The notes below the pieces were generated by a model. The model saw nothing but the letters and a program-made list of their open reading frames with translations, did no database searches and was not told the origin of the DNA. Positions 10,069 through 20,805 of a DNA stretch of 64,000 nt are shown here, in pieces. The number at the start of each line of letters is the position of its first letter. Position 1 is the stretch's first letter. The stretch comes from Caldisericia bacterium (lineage in GTDB: Bacteria > Caldisericota > Caldisericia > JAAYUI01): contig OY771555.1 of assembly GCA_963674785.1 (NCBI GenBank), forward strand, positions 1,856,001 through 1,920,000. Direction: 5' to 3'. The translations under genes and the position numbers were made by a program.

Positions 10069-11225
10069 ATCAACAAACTCCTTCTATTAAAAATAGCAAC
10101 CAAAATGATCGCAAGAGAAACAATAGCTGCGAAAATCATCACATATGTCCAAGACGAACTTATATCATAAACAAATCCAGCAACTGGGGGTGCCAGGAGC
10201 ATCCCAATTGTACCAAACATATTTATTTTTCCAACAGCATAACCTGAGTTTTGCCGACTCTCAAACTTTGATGGAGTAGAAAAAACGATCGGAGGAATAA
10301 TTGATGCGAAGATTCCAAGAGTAATCGCAGCAATTATCCAAATGATTCCATTGATAGACATCAAAAGAAGAGAAATCGAGATAATAATGGATGAAAGAAT
10401 CATAAGCCAAAACCTTGATACCTTTTTGTCCATTATCTCACCAACAACAGGAGATATAAAAAGTGGTGGGATCATCAAAAAAGCTGAACCAAAAACTGAT
10501 AAATACAATGGGATCCCGTGACTTTTTCCTATAACTGTTCCTAGATACAAAAAAACTGCAGTTGATCCTGAAAAAAGCATCCAAGCAGTTGCCATGGAAT
10601 TGGTGATTGGCTTAAGTTTTGATGCTGAATATGTTTTCGGTTTTGATGTGTCCACATCAAACTCTTTATTCACGACCACTGATAAAACTATACCGATTAT
10701 GGAAAACAAAATGCATGGGATATAGACAAAGGTGTAACCAAAGTTAGTGCCTAGCCATGCACCAGAAAAAAGCATAATTATTGCACCAATCGGTGCACCG
10801 AGTGTTTGAATGGTCATCATTCGATTTTGAATTTCTTTTGGATAAACCATCTGTGGGAGTTTGAATGCAATCACAAGAAGGGGGGCAAACGCAACACCAG
10901 CAAGCAGCCTCAAAATCAAAATGGTGTAGAAACCATGTGCAAAAAGTCCAACAAAAGAAAGTGAGAAAACAAAAATAAATGCGTAGAGAGAAACCAAAAC
11001 AGGATTGTTCCTATCCAAAAATCTCCCAGAAATCGAGCTCAGAAGAATAATAAAGAATGATGGTGAAGAAACGAGTACAGTGGCCAAAAAACTGGAAATT
11101 CCATTTGCAAGTTTTAGTTGATCAAGTACAGCTGAAAATGAAACCTGGAAAGCCATAACACAGATTGAAGCAGTAAGAGTAAGCATCAAAACAGTTTTGT
11201 AAGATTTCCTGCCTTCAATATCCAT
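10065..11225 (-). CDS. MFS transporter
   Basis: About 12 hydrophobic segments; motif A SGRFLDR and GEIMDKK; LRLLAG. Confidence 0.88.
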   Translation of the reverse strand: MDIEGRKSYKTVLMLTLTASICVMAFQVSFSAVLDQLKLANGISSFLATVLVSSPSFFIILLSSISGRFLDRNNPVLVSLYAFIFVFSLSFVGLFAHGFYTILILRLLAGVAFAPLLVIAFKLPQMVYPKEIQNRMMTIQTLGAPIGAIIMLFSGAWLGTNFGYTFVYIPCILFSIIGIVLSVVVNKEFDVDTSKPKTYSASKLKPITNSMATAWMLFSGSTAVFLYLGTVIGKSHGIPLYLSVFGSAFLMIPPLFISPVVGEIMDKKVSRFWLMILSSIIISISLLLMSINGIIWIIAAITLGIFASIIPPIVFSTPSKFESRQNSGYAVGKINMFGTIGMLLAPPVAGFVYDISSSWTYVMIFAAIVSLAIILVAIFNRRSLLI

Positions 11226-11231
11226 AGGCTC

Positions 11232-11259
11232 ATTTTACCCTACTATTTTGATTAAACAA
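11232..11259 (-). promoter_or_regulatory. Putative sigma70 promoter, leaderless (TTGTTT-16-TAAAAT, 6 nt before ATG)
   Basis: Hexamers on the minus strand; no SD before ATG 11225. Confidence 0.5.
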
Positions 11260-11313
11260 TATACTCATCAGAAATCTCACATCAGATCAGAATGCAAAAA
11301 AGTGTGCCACAAG

Positions 11314-11341
11314 TTGACAATTATTGACAGTATCATAAACT
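11314..11341 (+). promoter_or_regulatory. Putative sigma70 promoter TTGACA-16-TAAACT
   Basis: Perfect -35 upstream of the DUF4388-tyrS operon. Confidence 0.55.
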
Positions 11342-11377
11342 AATATTGAAATTGAATTGATTATTCATGGAGGCGAA

Positions 11378-12211
11378 ATGGCCCTAGTAGGCGATATAAA
11401 ATCATTCAAATTGAACTCACTTTTTCAGCTTATAACAATGGAAGGTAAGTCTGGTGTTCTCACGATTGATGAGGGTATGAGACAGGCAAAGTGTTACTTC
11501 CAAACTGGAAAATTGTATCATTGTTCATTATCAAAATTAACTGGAGCTTCCGCTTTTTTTGAGCTTCTAACGTGGGAAGAGGGCGAGTTTTCATTTAATG
11601 ATCGTGGGCGAATCGACCTCAGATCGGTTTATGAGCCAATTGACTCATTACTTATACAAGGCTCAAAACAACTCGAAGAATGGCAAGTAATAAAAACTCA
11701 GGGGCCTTTCCCTGACGAGGTTTTTGAAGTTTCGGATAATGCACCTGATTCAATGACAGAATTCACAATGAACCCAGACTACTGGAAAGTTTTAAGGTTG
11801 ATTGACGGAAAACTTACCTGTAATCAGATCGCCGAAAAATCAGGTCTTGGTTATCTCGCATCTTATCGGATAATTTTTGACATGAAATCTGCTGGTTTGA
11901 TTCGCTCTCTTGAATATAAACTTCTTGACATGACACTCATCCCAGTTCCATCCCGAGGCAGAAGTCTTTTTGTGCCAAGAGGGTCAATTGGAAACACTGC
12001 AATCGGTGTTGAAACCGCGATGCAGGATCTTGTGTATAGAAAAATTGATAGCAGGAGAAATCTTGGCAGAATTGCAGGACTTCTGAAGCTTGATCAAAAA
12101 AGAATTTCAATGGTTATAACACAGCTTTCGAGACAGGGACTTATTTCGCTTGTTGACAAAAATGGTTCCATGGTATCAATTGACAAAGCAGGTGTTGGCG
12201 AGAGGGTTTAG
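11378..12211 (+). CDS. DUF4388 (PatA N-terminal) domain protein with C-terminal winged-helix-like repeats
   Basis: MALVGDIKSFKLNSLFQLI...GKSGVL...W.EGEFSF; VLRLIDGK and LVYRKIDSRR HTH-like segments; ATG 11378 follows SD GGAGG. Confidence 0.82.
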   Translation: MALVGDIKSFKLNSLFQLITMEGKSGVLTIDEGMRQAKCYFQTGKLYHCSLSKLTGASAFFELLTWEEGEFSFNDRGRIDLRSVYEPIDSLLIQGSKQLEEWQVIKTQGPFPDEVFEVSDNAPDSMTEFTMNPDYWKVLRLIDGKLTCNQIAEKSGLGYLASYRIIFDMKSAGLIRSLEYKLLDMTLIPVPSRGRSLFVPRGSIGNTAIGVETAMQDLVYRKIDSRRNLGRIAGLLKLDQKRISMVITQLSRQGLISLVDKNGSMVSIDKAGVGERV

Positions 12212-12213
12212 TT

Positions 12214-12837
12214 ATGTCATTTTTTAGCAACATGACTGGATGGATTCTCGTCATTAGTGGATCCATACTAGTTATCCCTGTTATTACGACAATTACTAGG
12301 TTCTATTACACCCACAGTTTCAGAAACCTTGCTTGGACATTATCTTTTTTTACATTGCTTTCTGGAATGTTTTTTCTTGGAATTTCAATAATCCTGAATA
12401 ATCCACAGTTTTTACTAATTTCATCCATATTCATTTTCTTCTTTGTTTTCTCTGTGCTGTGGACATTATTTATTGGTTACAACCTATGGTATAATGAACA
12501 GAGAGCTTTTAGCCTTGTTCTAGCAATATTGCCATGGGTGTTTATTGTTGTTGTTAATCCACTGGTTGGATTACCTCATTTTCATATCAATTTCCATATA
12601 TGGTCCGCAATTGCTCTGACAATACTCTTTTGCACCTGGTTTTTCAGTTTCATTTCATCAAGACTGAAAAAACTTGATATGAGAATGTCTATTTCGACGT
12701 TTTTTATGGCGATCGCCTCATGGATACTCGTTTTTGATAAAACTCCTGAGGGGATGTTTTTAATTTCTATACTATTCCTTTTTGGAATAATTTTAATGAC
12801 TTACACATGGGTGAACTATGGACAAAAAACAGATTGA
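12214..12837 (+). CDS. Hypothetical integral membrane protein (about 7 TM)
   Basis: Strongly hydrophobic ORF tightly packed in the operon. Confidence 0.7.
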   Translation: MSFFSNMTGWILVISGSILVIPVITTITRFYYTHSFRNLAWTLSFFTLLSGMFFLGISIILNNPQFLLISSIFIFFFVFSVLWTLFIGYNLWYNEQRAFSLVLAILPWVFIVVVNPLVGLPHFHINFHIWSAIALTILFCTWFFSFISSRLKKLDMRMSISTFFMAIASWILVFDKTPEGMFLISILFLFGIILMTYTWVNYGQKTD

Positions 12838-14026
12838 AGAACTTGAAGAACTGAAATACGGTTGCGAAGAAATTATTCCAGCAAATGGAATCGAAGAAAA
12901 GCTAAAGCTTGGAAGACCCTTGATAATCAAGCTTGGAGCCGATCCGACTGCTCCGCACTTGCATCTTGGACACGCTGTTGTTTTAAAAAAACTTAGACAG
13001 TTTCAAAAGTATGGACACAGGGTAATTTTTGTTGTTGGTGATTATACTGCAATGATTGGTGACCCATCAGGAAGAAGCGAAACAAGAAAACCTCTCACAG
13101 AAGAAGAGGTAAAAAACAGTGCGAGAACATACCTTGATCAGGTTATCAGGATTCTTGAACCACAAGAGGGAATGATAAGGTTTAACAGTGAATGGTGTGG
13201 CGAACTTGGGGCAAAAGAAATCATCAAGCTCATGGCAAAATTCACCGTCGCAAGAATTCTTGAAAGAGATGATTTCACAAAAAGAATGAAGGCTGAGGCT
13301 CCAGTTTACCTTCACGAACTTCTATATGTTGTTGCACAGGCTTTTGATTCTGTTGCAATAAAAGCTGATATCGAAATCGGTGGAACAGACCAGAAATTCA
13401 ATTTCCTCGCCGCAAGAGATCTTCAGCGAGAAATGGGTCTAGAACCACAAACAATCATCACAATGCCAATCCTTCCAGGGCTCGATGGTAAAATAAAAAT
13501 GAGTAAATCAATTGGCAATACCGTCGATTTGCTCGACAAACCAAATGATATGTTTGGTAAACTGATGAGCATCCCAGATGATATGATTTTGACATATCTC
13601 AAATACACCGCTGATGTCAGCAAAAGTGAACTTGACGAATTCAAGGCAAAACTTGACTCTGGCACAAACCCACGTGATGTAAAACTGGAACTTGCCAAGA
13701 GAGTAACAGACCTTTGGCACAAAGAGGGTAGTGGAGAAGCAGCAAAACAAGAGTTCCTCAATGTATTCTCAAAAGGCAACCTGCCTGAGGACATCCCCGA
13801 AAAAAGCTCCTCAGATATGACATTCCCAATAAATCTTGCACAGTTAATTGTTGATCTTGAAATGAGTCCTTCAAAGTCTGAAGCTCGAAGACTCATTAAA
13901 TCAGGTGCTGTAAAGATTGATGATGAGCAGATCGGTGATATTAACTTTGATGTTGAAAAACCAAAAACATCAATCTTGATAAAAGTTGGAAAAAGGAGAT
14001 TTTTGAGACTTCTGGGGGATAGCTAA
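12818..14026 (+). CDS. tyrS: Tyrosine--tRNA ligase
   Basis: KLGADPTAPHLHLGH, GGTDQKFN, KMSKS, C-terminal S4 domain ending VGKRRF. Confidence 0.97.
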   Translation: MDKKQIEELEELKYGCEEIIPANGIEEKLKLGRPLIIKLGADPTAPHLHLGHAVVLKKLRQFQKYGHRVIFVVGDYTAMIGDPSGRSETRKPLTEEEVKNSARTYLDQVIRILEPQEGMIRFNSEWCGELGAKEIIKLMAKFTVARILERDDFTKRMKAEAPVYLHELLYVVAQAFDSVAIKADIEIGGTDQKFNFLAARDLQREMGLEPQTIITMPILPGLDGKIKMSKSIGNTVDLLDKPNDMFGKLMSIPDDMILTYLKYTADVSKSELDEFKAKLDSGTNPRDVKLELAKRVTDLWHKEGSGEAAKQEFLNVFSKGNLPEDIPEKSSSDMTFPINLAQLIVDLEMSPSKSEARRLIKSGAVKIDDEQIGDINFDVEKPKTSILIKVGKRRFLRLLGDS

Positions 14027-15354
14027 TGAAAAAAATTACCGGCTTCATAAGCATTGTTCTTCTAATTTCTATCGCTCTCACTACTGTTTCTTTTGCAGCC
14101 CCAACACTTGAAGTCTCTGAATTTATAACGAAAACCTGGCCTGATGCCTCAGTAGACTGTATTATTACCGATTTTACAGAGGATTACGACCCTGATTTTT
14201 CATTGATTATCGATAATCAAGAACATATCCCCATCAAGACGGACAGGATTGAGAATAACGGAATCCCCTTAAACATTCTGTTCCTTGTCGATATTTCCGC
14301 GAGCATGGAAAAAACCTTTGACACATACAAAAAATATATGTCAGAGATTGCAGGTGAATTTAGAAGCAACGACACATTCTCGATGATCACATTTGCAAAT
14401 GAGATAAAAACAGAAATCCTTTTCAGTGATAATCCGGCTGAAGCAGGCTTAAAAATGGGTGAACAGGTAGCCAGAGGTTCTATTACCAAGCTTTATGATG
14501 CCCTCATAGAGGGTAATGACCTTCTTAAGAAGAATAATAAGGCTGGTGTAATATTTCTTTTTTCTGATGGTTATGATGATGGAAGCATACAAGCTGACCC
14601 ACCATTAATCGATTTTCCAGTTGTTCCAATTGTAAAACCCGGAAGAGGAATAAATGATGATCTGTTGGCGTCTCTTTCCAAAGAGACTGATGGTTTCTTC
14701 ATGAGGAATTACAATATCGAAGGGATTATCCCACACATCATCAAATGGAAGAAGATTTCTGGAACAGGATACAGGGTTTCATTCTCAGGTCTTCCAGAAT
14801 TTGAACCACCTGTCGAAAAAGACATTGTTCTCAAAGCAAAAATTGGCAACGAACTTGATCTTCAATACACACATAAATTGGTGATTGAAAAACCTAAAAG
14901 TCCCATATGGTTATGGATTCTCTTGATCATTGCGGGAATTGCGATAATTGCCCTTCTGGTTCTGAGAGCACTAAGACTCAGAGTTCCAAAGGGAAAGATA
15001 AAAAAGCAGAAAAGGGTTAAGGGTAATATTCACTACATTGCCTGGCTGAAAATTATTGGCTCAGATGACGACCAGTTGCGAATCAGAAAAAAAGTTTTGA
15101 CAATCGGCTCAAATCCCGAATCAACCATTCATCTTGATGATCCAACTGTTTCACCGTTACATGCCAAAATAACTGAAACCACCGAAGGTTATGTTATTTC
15201 AGACGAGAACTCTGCAAGTGGTATTTTTATTAATGAAGAAAGTATTATTGGAAAACAAGTTCTAAAAAACGGAGACAAGATAAGAGTTGGAAAATCTGTA
15301 ATTGAGTTTACACAGAGTGATTTCACATACGTTTCCGACAGAAAGGTAATATAA
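14026..15354 (+). CDS. Membrane protein with extracytoplasmic VWA domain and cytoplasmic FHA domain
   Basis: Signal peptide; MIDAS DISASM, TKLYDAL, FSDG; TM helix; FHA IGS...VSPLHA...SASGIFIN...[10 protein letters not shown]. Confidence 0.85.
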   Translation: MKKITGFISIVLLISIALTTVSFAAPTLEVSEFITKTWPDASVDCIITDFTEDYDPDFSLIIDNQEHIPIKTDRIENNGIPLNILFLVDISASMEKTFDTYKKYMSEIAGEFRSNDTFSMITFANEIKTEILFSDNPAEAGLKMGEQVARGSITKLYDALIEGNDLLKKNNKAGVIFLFSDGYDDGSIQADPPLIDFPVVPIVKPGRGINDDLLASLSKETDGFFMRNYNIEGIIPHIIKWKKISGTGYRVSFSGLPEFEPPVEKDIVLKAKIGNELDLQYTHKLVIEKPKSPIWLWILLIIAGIAIIALLVLRALRLRVPKGKIKKQKRVKGNIHYIAWLKIIGSDDDQLRIRKKVLTIGSNPESTIHLDDPTVSPLHAKITETTEGYVISDENSASGIFINEESIIGKQVLKNGDKIRVGKSVIEFTQSDFTYVSDRKVI

Positions 15355-15359
15355 ACATC

Positions 15360-17060
15360 ATGGGTAACTACAACATCTCATACGAAAATGACGCCCCAAA
15401 AGAACAGATTAAGGCAAGAAGAGGAACTGAGCTTGTCTGCAAGGGATGGCTTCAGGAAGCTGCACTCAGAATGCTTCAAAACAATCTCGAGCAAACAAAC
15501 AAATGGAAAGAGCTTATCGTTTATGGTGGCACAGGAAGAGCCGCAAGAGGATGGGATTCCTACAGTGCAATTGAAAAATCTCTCATGAATCTTGAAAATG
15601 ATGAAACACTTCTTGTCCAATCAGGAAAACCTGTCGGAATCATGAAGACTCACGAAGATGCTCCAAGGATTCTTATTGCCAACTCAATGATCGTTCCATT
15701 CTGGTCAAACCAGGAATACTTTGACGACTTGGAGCGCAAAGGTCTTATGATGTATGGGCAGATGACTGCCGGCTCATGGATTTACATTGGTACACAGGGA
15801 ATCCTTCAGGGAACCTACAATACTCTCGCCGTGCTTGCAGAAAAACATTTTGATGGAAGCCTTAAAGGCACAATCACACTCACAGGTGGATGCGGACAGA
15901 TGGGTGGAGCACAACCACTTGCTGTCACAATGAATGGTGGTGTTTGCCTTATTGTTGATATAGATGAGGTCATGATTGATGAACGTATCTCAGAAGGTTA
16001 TCTCGACAAAAAAACCCACAATATTGACGAAGCGATTAAATGGACACTTGAAGCCAAAGAAAAAGGTGAGGCTTTATCAGTTGGTTTGGTTGCAAATTGT
16101 GCTGATGCCCTTCCTGAATTACTTAAGCGTGATTACATCCCTGATGTCCTTACCGACCAAACATCGGCACATGACATGCTTGGCGGATATGTTCCAAATG
16201 GAATGACGTATGAAGCAGCTCTCAATCTCAGAAAAACTGATCCAAAAAAATATCTGAAAGAATCTTTCAGAACGGTCAAAGAACATGTCGAAGCGATGCT
16301 CGAACTTAAAAAACGTGGGGCAATAACCTTTGATTACGGTAATAACATCAGACAGCAAGCAGTACAAGAGGGGCTCAATAGAGATGATGCATTCTCATTC
16401 CCAGGATTTGTACCAGAATATATAAGACCACTTTTCTGCGAAGGAAAAGGACCATTCAGATGGGCAGCACTCTCTGGTGACCCAAATGATATCTATGTGA
16501 CTGACCAGCTCATTAGGGAGATGTATCCAGATGATACAGCTCTTATCAGATGGATCGACATGGCATCAGAAAAGCTTAAGTTTGAAAATATCCCGGGTCT
16601 ACCATCAAGAATCTGCTGGCTTGGATATGGAGAAAGAGACAGATTTGCTCTTGCAGTAAATAAGCTTGTTAGAGAGGGCAAAATTTCTGCACCAATCGTT
16701 TTTGGTCGTGACCATCTTGATTGTGGTTCTGTTGCATCACCAAACAGAGAAACAGAATCAATGAAGGACGGCTCTGATGCTGTGGCCGATTGGCCAATTC
16801 TTAATGCACTTCTCAGCACTGCATCAGGTGCATCATGGGTTTCTGTACACAATGGTGGAGGTGTTGGAATTGGATACTCACTTCACACAGGTCAGGTGCT
16901 TGTAGCAGATGGGACAGAGGCAGCTGATAAGAGAATCAGCAGGGTGCTTCTTAATGACCCGGGAATGGGAATCATAAGGCATGTTGACGCAGGATACGAA
17001 GAAGCTGAAAAATGTGCAAAAGAAAAGGGTGTCAGGATTCCGCTCTGGGAAAACAAATGA
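15360..17060 (+). CDS. hutU: Urocanate hydratase
   Basis: [62 protein letters not shown]. Confidence 0.97.
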   Translation: MGNYNISYENDAPKEQIKARRGTELVCKGWLQEAALRMLQNNLEQTNKWKELIVYGGTGRAARGWDSYSAIEKSLMNLENDETLLVQSGKPVGIMKTHEDAPRILIANSMIVPFWSNQEYFDDLERKGLMMYGQMTAGSWIYIGTQGILQGTYNTLAVLAEKHFDGSLKGTITLTGGCGQMGGAQPLAVTMNGGVCLIVDIDEVMIDERISEGYLDKKTHNIDEAIKWTLEAKEKGEALSVGLVANCADALPELLKRDYIPDVLTDQTSAHDMLGGYVPNGMTYEAALNLRKTDPKKYLKESFRTVKEHVEAMLELKKRGAITFDYGNNIRQQAVQEGLNRDDAFSFPGFVPEYIRPLFCEGKGPFRWAALSGDPNDIYVTDQLIREMYPDDTALIRWIDMASEKLKFENIPGLPSRICWLGYGERDRFALAVNKLVREGKISAPIVFGRDHLDCGSVASPNRETESMKDGSDAVADWPILNALLSTASGASWVSVHNGGGVGIGYSLHTGQVLVADGTEAADKRISRVLLNDPGMGIIRHVDAGYEEAEKCAKEKGVRIPLWENK

Positions 17061-17887
17061 GAGAAATTCTCGACAAATTCATAGAATTACTCAACAAACA
17101 TAACGTACCTGAAATCTCGGAATTATTCGATTCCGAGATTTCTTTTATGGATATGAATGGTTACTCAACCTCAAGCCGAGATGAAGTCTCCCTTGGTGTA
17201 GCTGAGTACTTCAAAATGTTCCCAGATTACAATGTTCAGGTGTTAGACATTGAAGAGATGATGGGCTCATTCAAAGTAATCGTTCAAACATACGGAACAC
17301 TATCTGATGAAAACAGAGAACAGATAAAACAAGCATACGGAAAAGTTCCAACTCCTGAAGAACTCCACCCACCACAGCTTTGGAAGATTGGCTTTCACGA
17401 AGAAAAAATCTCCATGTGGATGATGGAGTCAATTATTGATTCCAAAGACCCAAAACATGTAGCACTTTCATTTGTCTGGGCAATCAACACCGGAAAAGCA
17501 GAAAACGTAATATCAAGAATGGCCAACACTCTGATTCAAGATGTAATGGGAGCTTCCGAAACCAGAAAAAAGGAAGATTGGTTGAAGGCATGGGAAGGAT
17601 ACTATAAGCTTTTCCCTGACTATAAAGTTTTCCCAGAAAATATCCATATGCGCGGAAATGAAGTTATCATGCTTGGATATTCTGATGGCACCATGTCAGA
17701 TTTTGCAAAAGAAACTCTAAAACATGAAGATGGGACACCAAAAACAAAAGAAGAACTCCAAGGTTCTGCCATTTGGAGAGCAGTGGTAGAAGATGGCAAG
17801 GTTAGCCAGTGGCACGTCTACTACTATAATCAAGCATCAATCGATGAACTTGAATTGGCTGATTACGGTTACAAACCAAGATATTAA
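17057..17887 (+). CDS. Tandem SnoaL/NTF2-like domain protein
   Basis: Two homologous halves ([10 protein letters not shown] / [10 protein letters not shown]; GTLSD / GTMSD; EELH / EELQ); ATG overlaps the hutU stop (ATGA). Confidence 0.7.
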   Translation: MREILDKFIELLNKHNVPEISELFDSEISFMDMNGYSTSSRDEVSLGVAEYFKMFPDYNVQVLDIEEMMGSFKVIVQTYGTLSDENREQIKQAYGKVPTPEELHPPQLWKIGFHEEKISMWMMESIIDSKDPKHVALSFVWAINTGKAENVISRMANTLIQDVMGASETRKKEDWLKAWEGYYKLFPDYKVFPENIHMRGNEVIMLGYSDGTMSDFAKETLKHEDGTPKTKEELQGSAIWRAVVEDGKVSQWHVYYYNQASIDELELADYGYKPRY

Positions 17888-17891
17888 GCTG

Positions 17892-19142
17892 TTATCCTAG
17901 CTCCGCTGCAAACTTTTCTACCTGAGCAATTGTTTCTTCCAGGTCAAAGGTCTGGATTTCTCTATCCCAAACGACAAATTCTCCATCAACCATCACATGT
18001 TTTACATCGGTATGATGAACACAATTTACAAGATGTGATGTTGCTGAGAATCTTGGTTTCAAGTGTGGTTTTGACATATCAACGACAATAATATCGGCGG
18101 TTGCACCTTCTTTTATTACTCCGAGATTATTAAATCCCAATGCTTTTGCTCCATCTTTTGTCGCAATTTCAAGTGTTCTTTTTGCAGGAAGAACCGTTGA
18201 GTCACCAAATGATTTCGCTATAAAACTTCCCCATCTAAGCTCTTCCCACATATCAAGGTCATTATTTGATGCTGTGCCATCCGTTCCAAAGCTTAGGTTC
18301 AGACCTTTTTTCTCCATCATATCAATCCTTGCTCTTCCGGATGCAAGTTTGAAGTTTGATGATGTATTCAAAGAAACATAAACATTTTTATTCTTAAAGA
18401 TTTCCATATCAGAATCAGTCAGATGTACACAGTGAGCAGCGAGAAAATGACCATCAAAAGCACCAAGCTCATCTAGGATCTCTGGTGGTGTTTTTCCGTA
18501 TTCATTTATACAGTTTTTAACTTCTGTTTCTGTTTCTGAAACATGCATCTGCATCAGCAAATTATGCTTCCTTGATAGTTCGATAACTTTTTTCATGAAT
18601 TCAGGTGGGCAAGTATAGATCGCATGTGGCCCAAGCATTGTTTGAATTCTTCCATTTGATTCATTATTCCACTTTAATGCAAACTCAAGCCCTTCGATAA
18701 GACCCTTTTCGCTTGCTGTACCTTTCGATAGAGATGCTCTTATTCCTGTTTCAGCAACTGCTTTTGCGACATTATCCATCTGAAGATACATATCAGTAAA
18801 TGTTGTTGTGCCGCCAAGAAGCATTTCGGCAATCGCCAGTTTTGCCCCCCAGTAAATCATATCAGCAGTTAGTTTGTCTTCCCTGGGAAAAATCTCTTTT
18901 GTAAGCCAATCCATAAGCGGGAGATCATCAGCAACCCCGCGAAGCAGAGTCATGCTTGCATGCCCGTGAGTATTGACTAAACCATGCATAATCACAAGAT
19001 CATCACTATCAATTATTCTATCAAAGCTTCCCTCAGGCTTTTTCTTTGAAACAGAGATGATTTTCTTCCCATCAACCACAACATATCCATCAAACTCATC
19101 TGCACCCGTAGATGGAATAATAATCCCTTTAAAAAGTATCAT
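17892..19142 (-). CDS. mtaD: 5'-methylthioadenosine/S-adenosylhomocysteine deaminase family amidohydrolase
   Basis: NTHGHASMTLLRG.ADDLPLMDWL, HVSETETE, GTDGTASNNDLD. Confidence 0.85.
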   Translation of the reverse strand: MILFKGIIIPSTGADEFDGYVVVDGKKIISVSKKKPEGSFDRIIDSDDLVIMHGLVNTHGHASMTLLRGVADDLPLMDWLTKEIFPREDKLTADMIYWGAKLAIAEMLLGGTTTFTDMYLQMDNVAKAVAETGIRASLSKGTASEKGLIEGLEFALKWNNESNGRIQTMLGPHAIYTCPPEFMKKVIELSRKHNLLMQMHVSETETEVKNCINEYGKTPPEILDELGAFDGHFLAAHCVHLTDSDMEIFKNKNVYVSLNTSSNFKLASGRARIDMMEKKGLNLSFGTDGTASNNDLDMWEELRWGSFIAKSFGDSTVLPAKRTLEIATKDGAKALGFNNLGVIKEGATADIIVVDMSKPHLKPRFSATSHLVNCVHHTDVKHVMVDGEFVVWDREIQTFDLEETIAQVEKFAAELG

Positions 19143-20695
19143 CCTGTTATCTCCTTTATCACATTTGGAACCATATCTGCAACCTCTGAACCTAGAACCC
19201 CATGTTTAGAAACTTCATCTGAAGCCATTTCGGCAGCTTTCCCCAGAAGATACGATCCCAAAACACTTGCTTCATAGGCTGAGTTTCCTTGGGCAACCAA
19301 ACCTGCAATAATCCCCGTAAGAACATCACCGGAACCACCTTTTGAAAGAGACGAGTTACCTGTGATATTGATGTGATAACCTCCAGAAGGCGAAGATATA
19401 ACAGTTCTAGCAGATTTCAAAACTGTGATTGTTCCAAATCTTCTTGAAAATCTAACCGCAGTTGAGATTGGATCTTTTGTAATATCAAACGCAGTCGAAC
19501 CAAATCGACTCGCTTCACCCCAATGAGGTGTGATGATTGTTTTCCACCCATGCTCAGCCCTCAAATGAAGTCCCTGTGGAGCTGAGGCAAGTGCATATAA
19601 AGCATCTGCATCAATTATCAAAGTTCCTTGAACCTTTGTCATCAGCTCAGCTACAAAATTCCTGAGATCATCAAATCTTGAAAGCCCTGGCCCAACAACT
19701 GTCACAGTTGATTTGTCAGCCAATTCCAAAACTTTATCAAGTGAGGAGGTTGAGAAAGTCCCATCATCAGTTTCTGATACGGGGTTAACAATCATTTCCG
19801 GATACCTACATGCAATAGATGGATAGATTGACTTCGGGACAACGAGCCTTGTTATTCCAGCACCAGTCCTTAGTGATCCCAAGCCAGAAAGTACCGGAGC
19901 ACCTGGGTATGAAACTGAACCACCAACAATTAGAACGTTTCCGAAATTGCCTTTATGTGATGAGTCGAACCTTGATGGGATTATCGACAAAACATCATCA
20001 TCACTCAAAATATTTCCCGGAAGCTGTGGGTCTTCCAAAAGAACCTCTGGAAAACCAACATTTACAAGCATGAGTTTTCCAACATTCTTTGCACCGGGAT
20101 TTAGAAGCTGACCAATTTTTGGTAAGCCAAAAGTAACGGTTAAATCAGCAAAAACAGCGATCCCTGGAACATGCCCAGTGGAACCATCAACTCCTGATGG
20201 CATATCAACAGATAACACTGGTGAGGAGACTGCGTTGATAAGTTCAATCGCCTGTGCAATGGCACCCTTTGGAGCTTTTGATAAACCAGTTCCGATCAGT
20301 GCGTCAACAATTATGTCTGATTTTTGGACTTCAGCACAAAGCTCACCCATCGCCTTAGGGTCGGTTCCAACATGGAGCTCAACCATCCCAGAAAAACCTT
20401 TTGTTAGAATCCCAAAATTAATCTCAGGATCACCTTTTAAGTCCTCAATATTTGCAAGTAAAAAAACCTTTGATTGAATACCATTCATCGCAAGATGTCT
20501 TGCACAAACAAATCCATCACCACCGTTGCCACCCCTCCCACAAACAATGACTGGATTAGAAAAATCGAACTCTTCCATCATAATTTCGGCAACTTTTGAA
20601 CCGGCGTTTTCCATCAAAGTAATCGATGGTACACCAAATCGATTTATTGTTTGCCTATCTATCTCTCTCATCTGCTCAGAATTAGTAATCTTCAT
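19139..20695 (-). CDS. nnr: Bifunctional NAD(P)H-hydrate epimerase/dehydratase
   Basis: YjeF_N (LMENAG, GNGGDG, DMPSG) plus carbohydrate-kinase domain (HKGNFG, GGSGDVLTG). Confidence 0.95.
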   Translation of the reverse strand: MKITNSEQMREIDRQTINRFGVPSITLMENAGSKVAEIMMEEFDFSNPVIVCGRGGNGGDGFVCARHLAMNGIQSKVFLLANIEDLKGDPEINFGILTKGFSGMVELHVGTDPKAMGELCAEVQKSDIIVDALIGTGLSKAPKGAIAQAIELINAVSSPVLSVDMPSGVDGSTGHVPGIAVFADLTVTFGLPKIGQLLNPGAKNVGKLMLVNVGFPEVLLEDPQLPGNILSDDDVLSIIPSRFDSSHKGNFGNVLIVGGSVSYPGAPVLSGLGSLRTGAGITRLVVPKSIYPSIACRYPEMIVNPVSETDDGTFSTSSLDKVLELADKSTVTVVGPGLSRFDDLRNFVAELMTKVQGTLIIDADALYALASAPQGLHLRAEHGWKTIITPHWGEASRFGSTAFDITKDPISTAVRFSRRFGTITVLKSARTVISSPSGGYHINITGNSSLSKGGSGDVLTGIIAGLVAQGNSAYEASVLGSYLLGKAAEMASDEVSKHGVLGSEVADMVPNVIKEITG

Positions 20696-20805
20696 TATTA
20701 TCCTCCAACAACTCTTATCCGACTAGATAAATGATAACAGCAATTATATTATTTACCAAACATAATTTTACCTTTTGTGTCAAAGGTGTATGAAGGGGGA
20801 CATTT

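Noticed and set aside
11293-11309. Sigma54-like TGGCACACTTTTTTGCA on the minus strand upstream of the MFS gene
   Set aside because: GG-to-GC spacing is 11 nt; sigma54 requires 10
17892-19142. Amidohydrolase as the missing HutI/HutF partner of hutU
   Set aside because: Its motifs fit the MtaD/SAH-deaminase family, and it is on the opposite strand coupled to nnr
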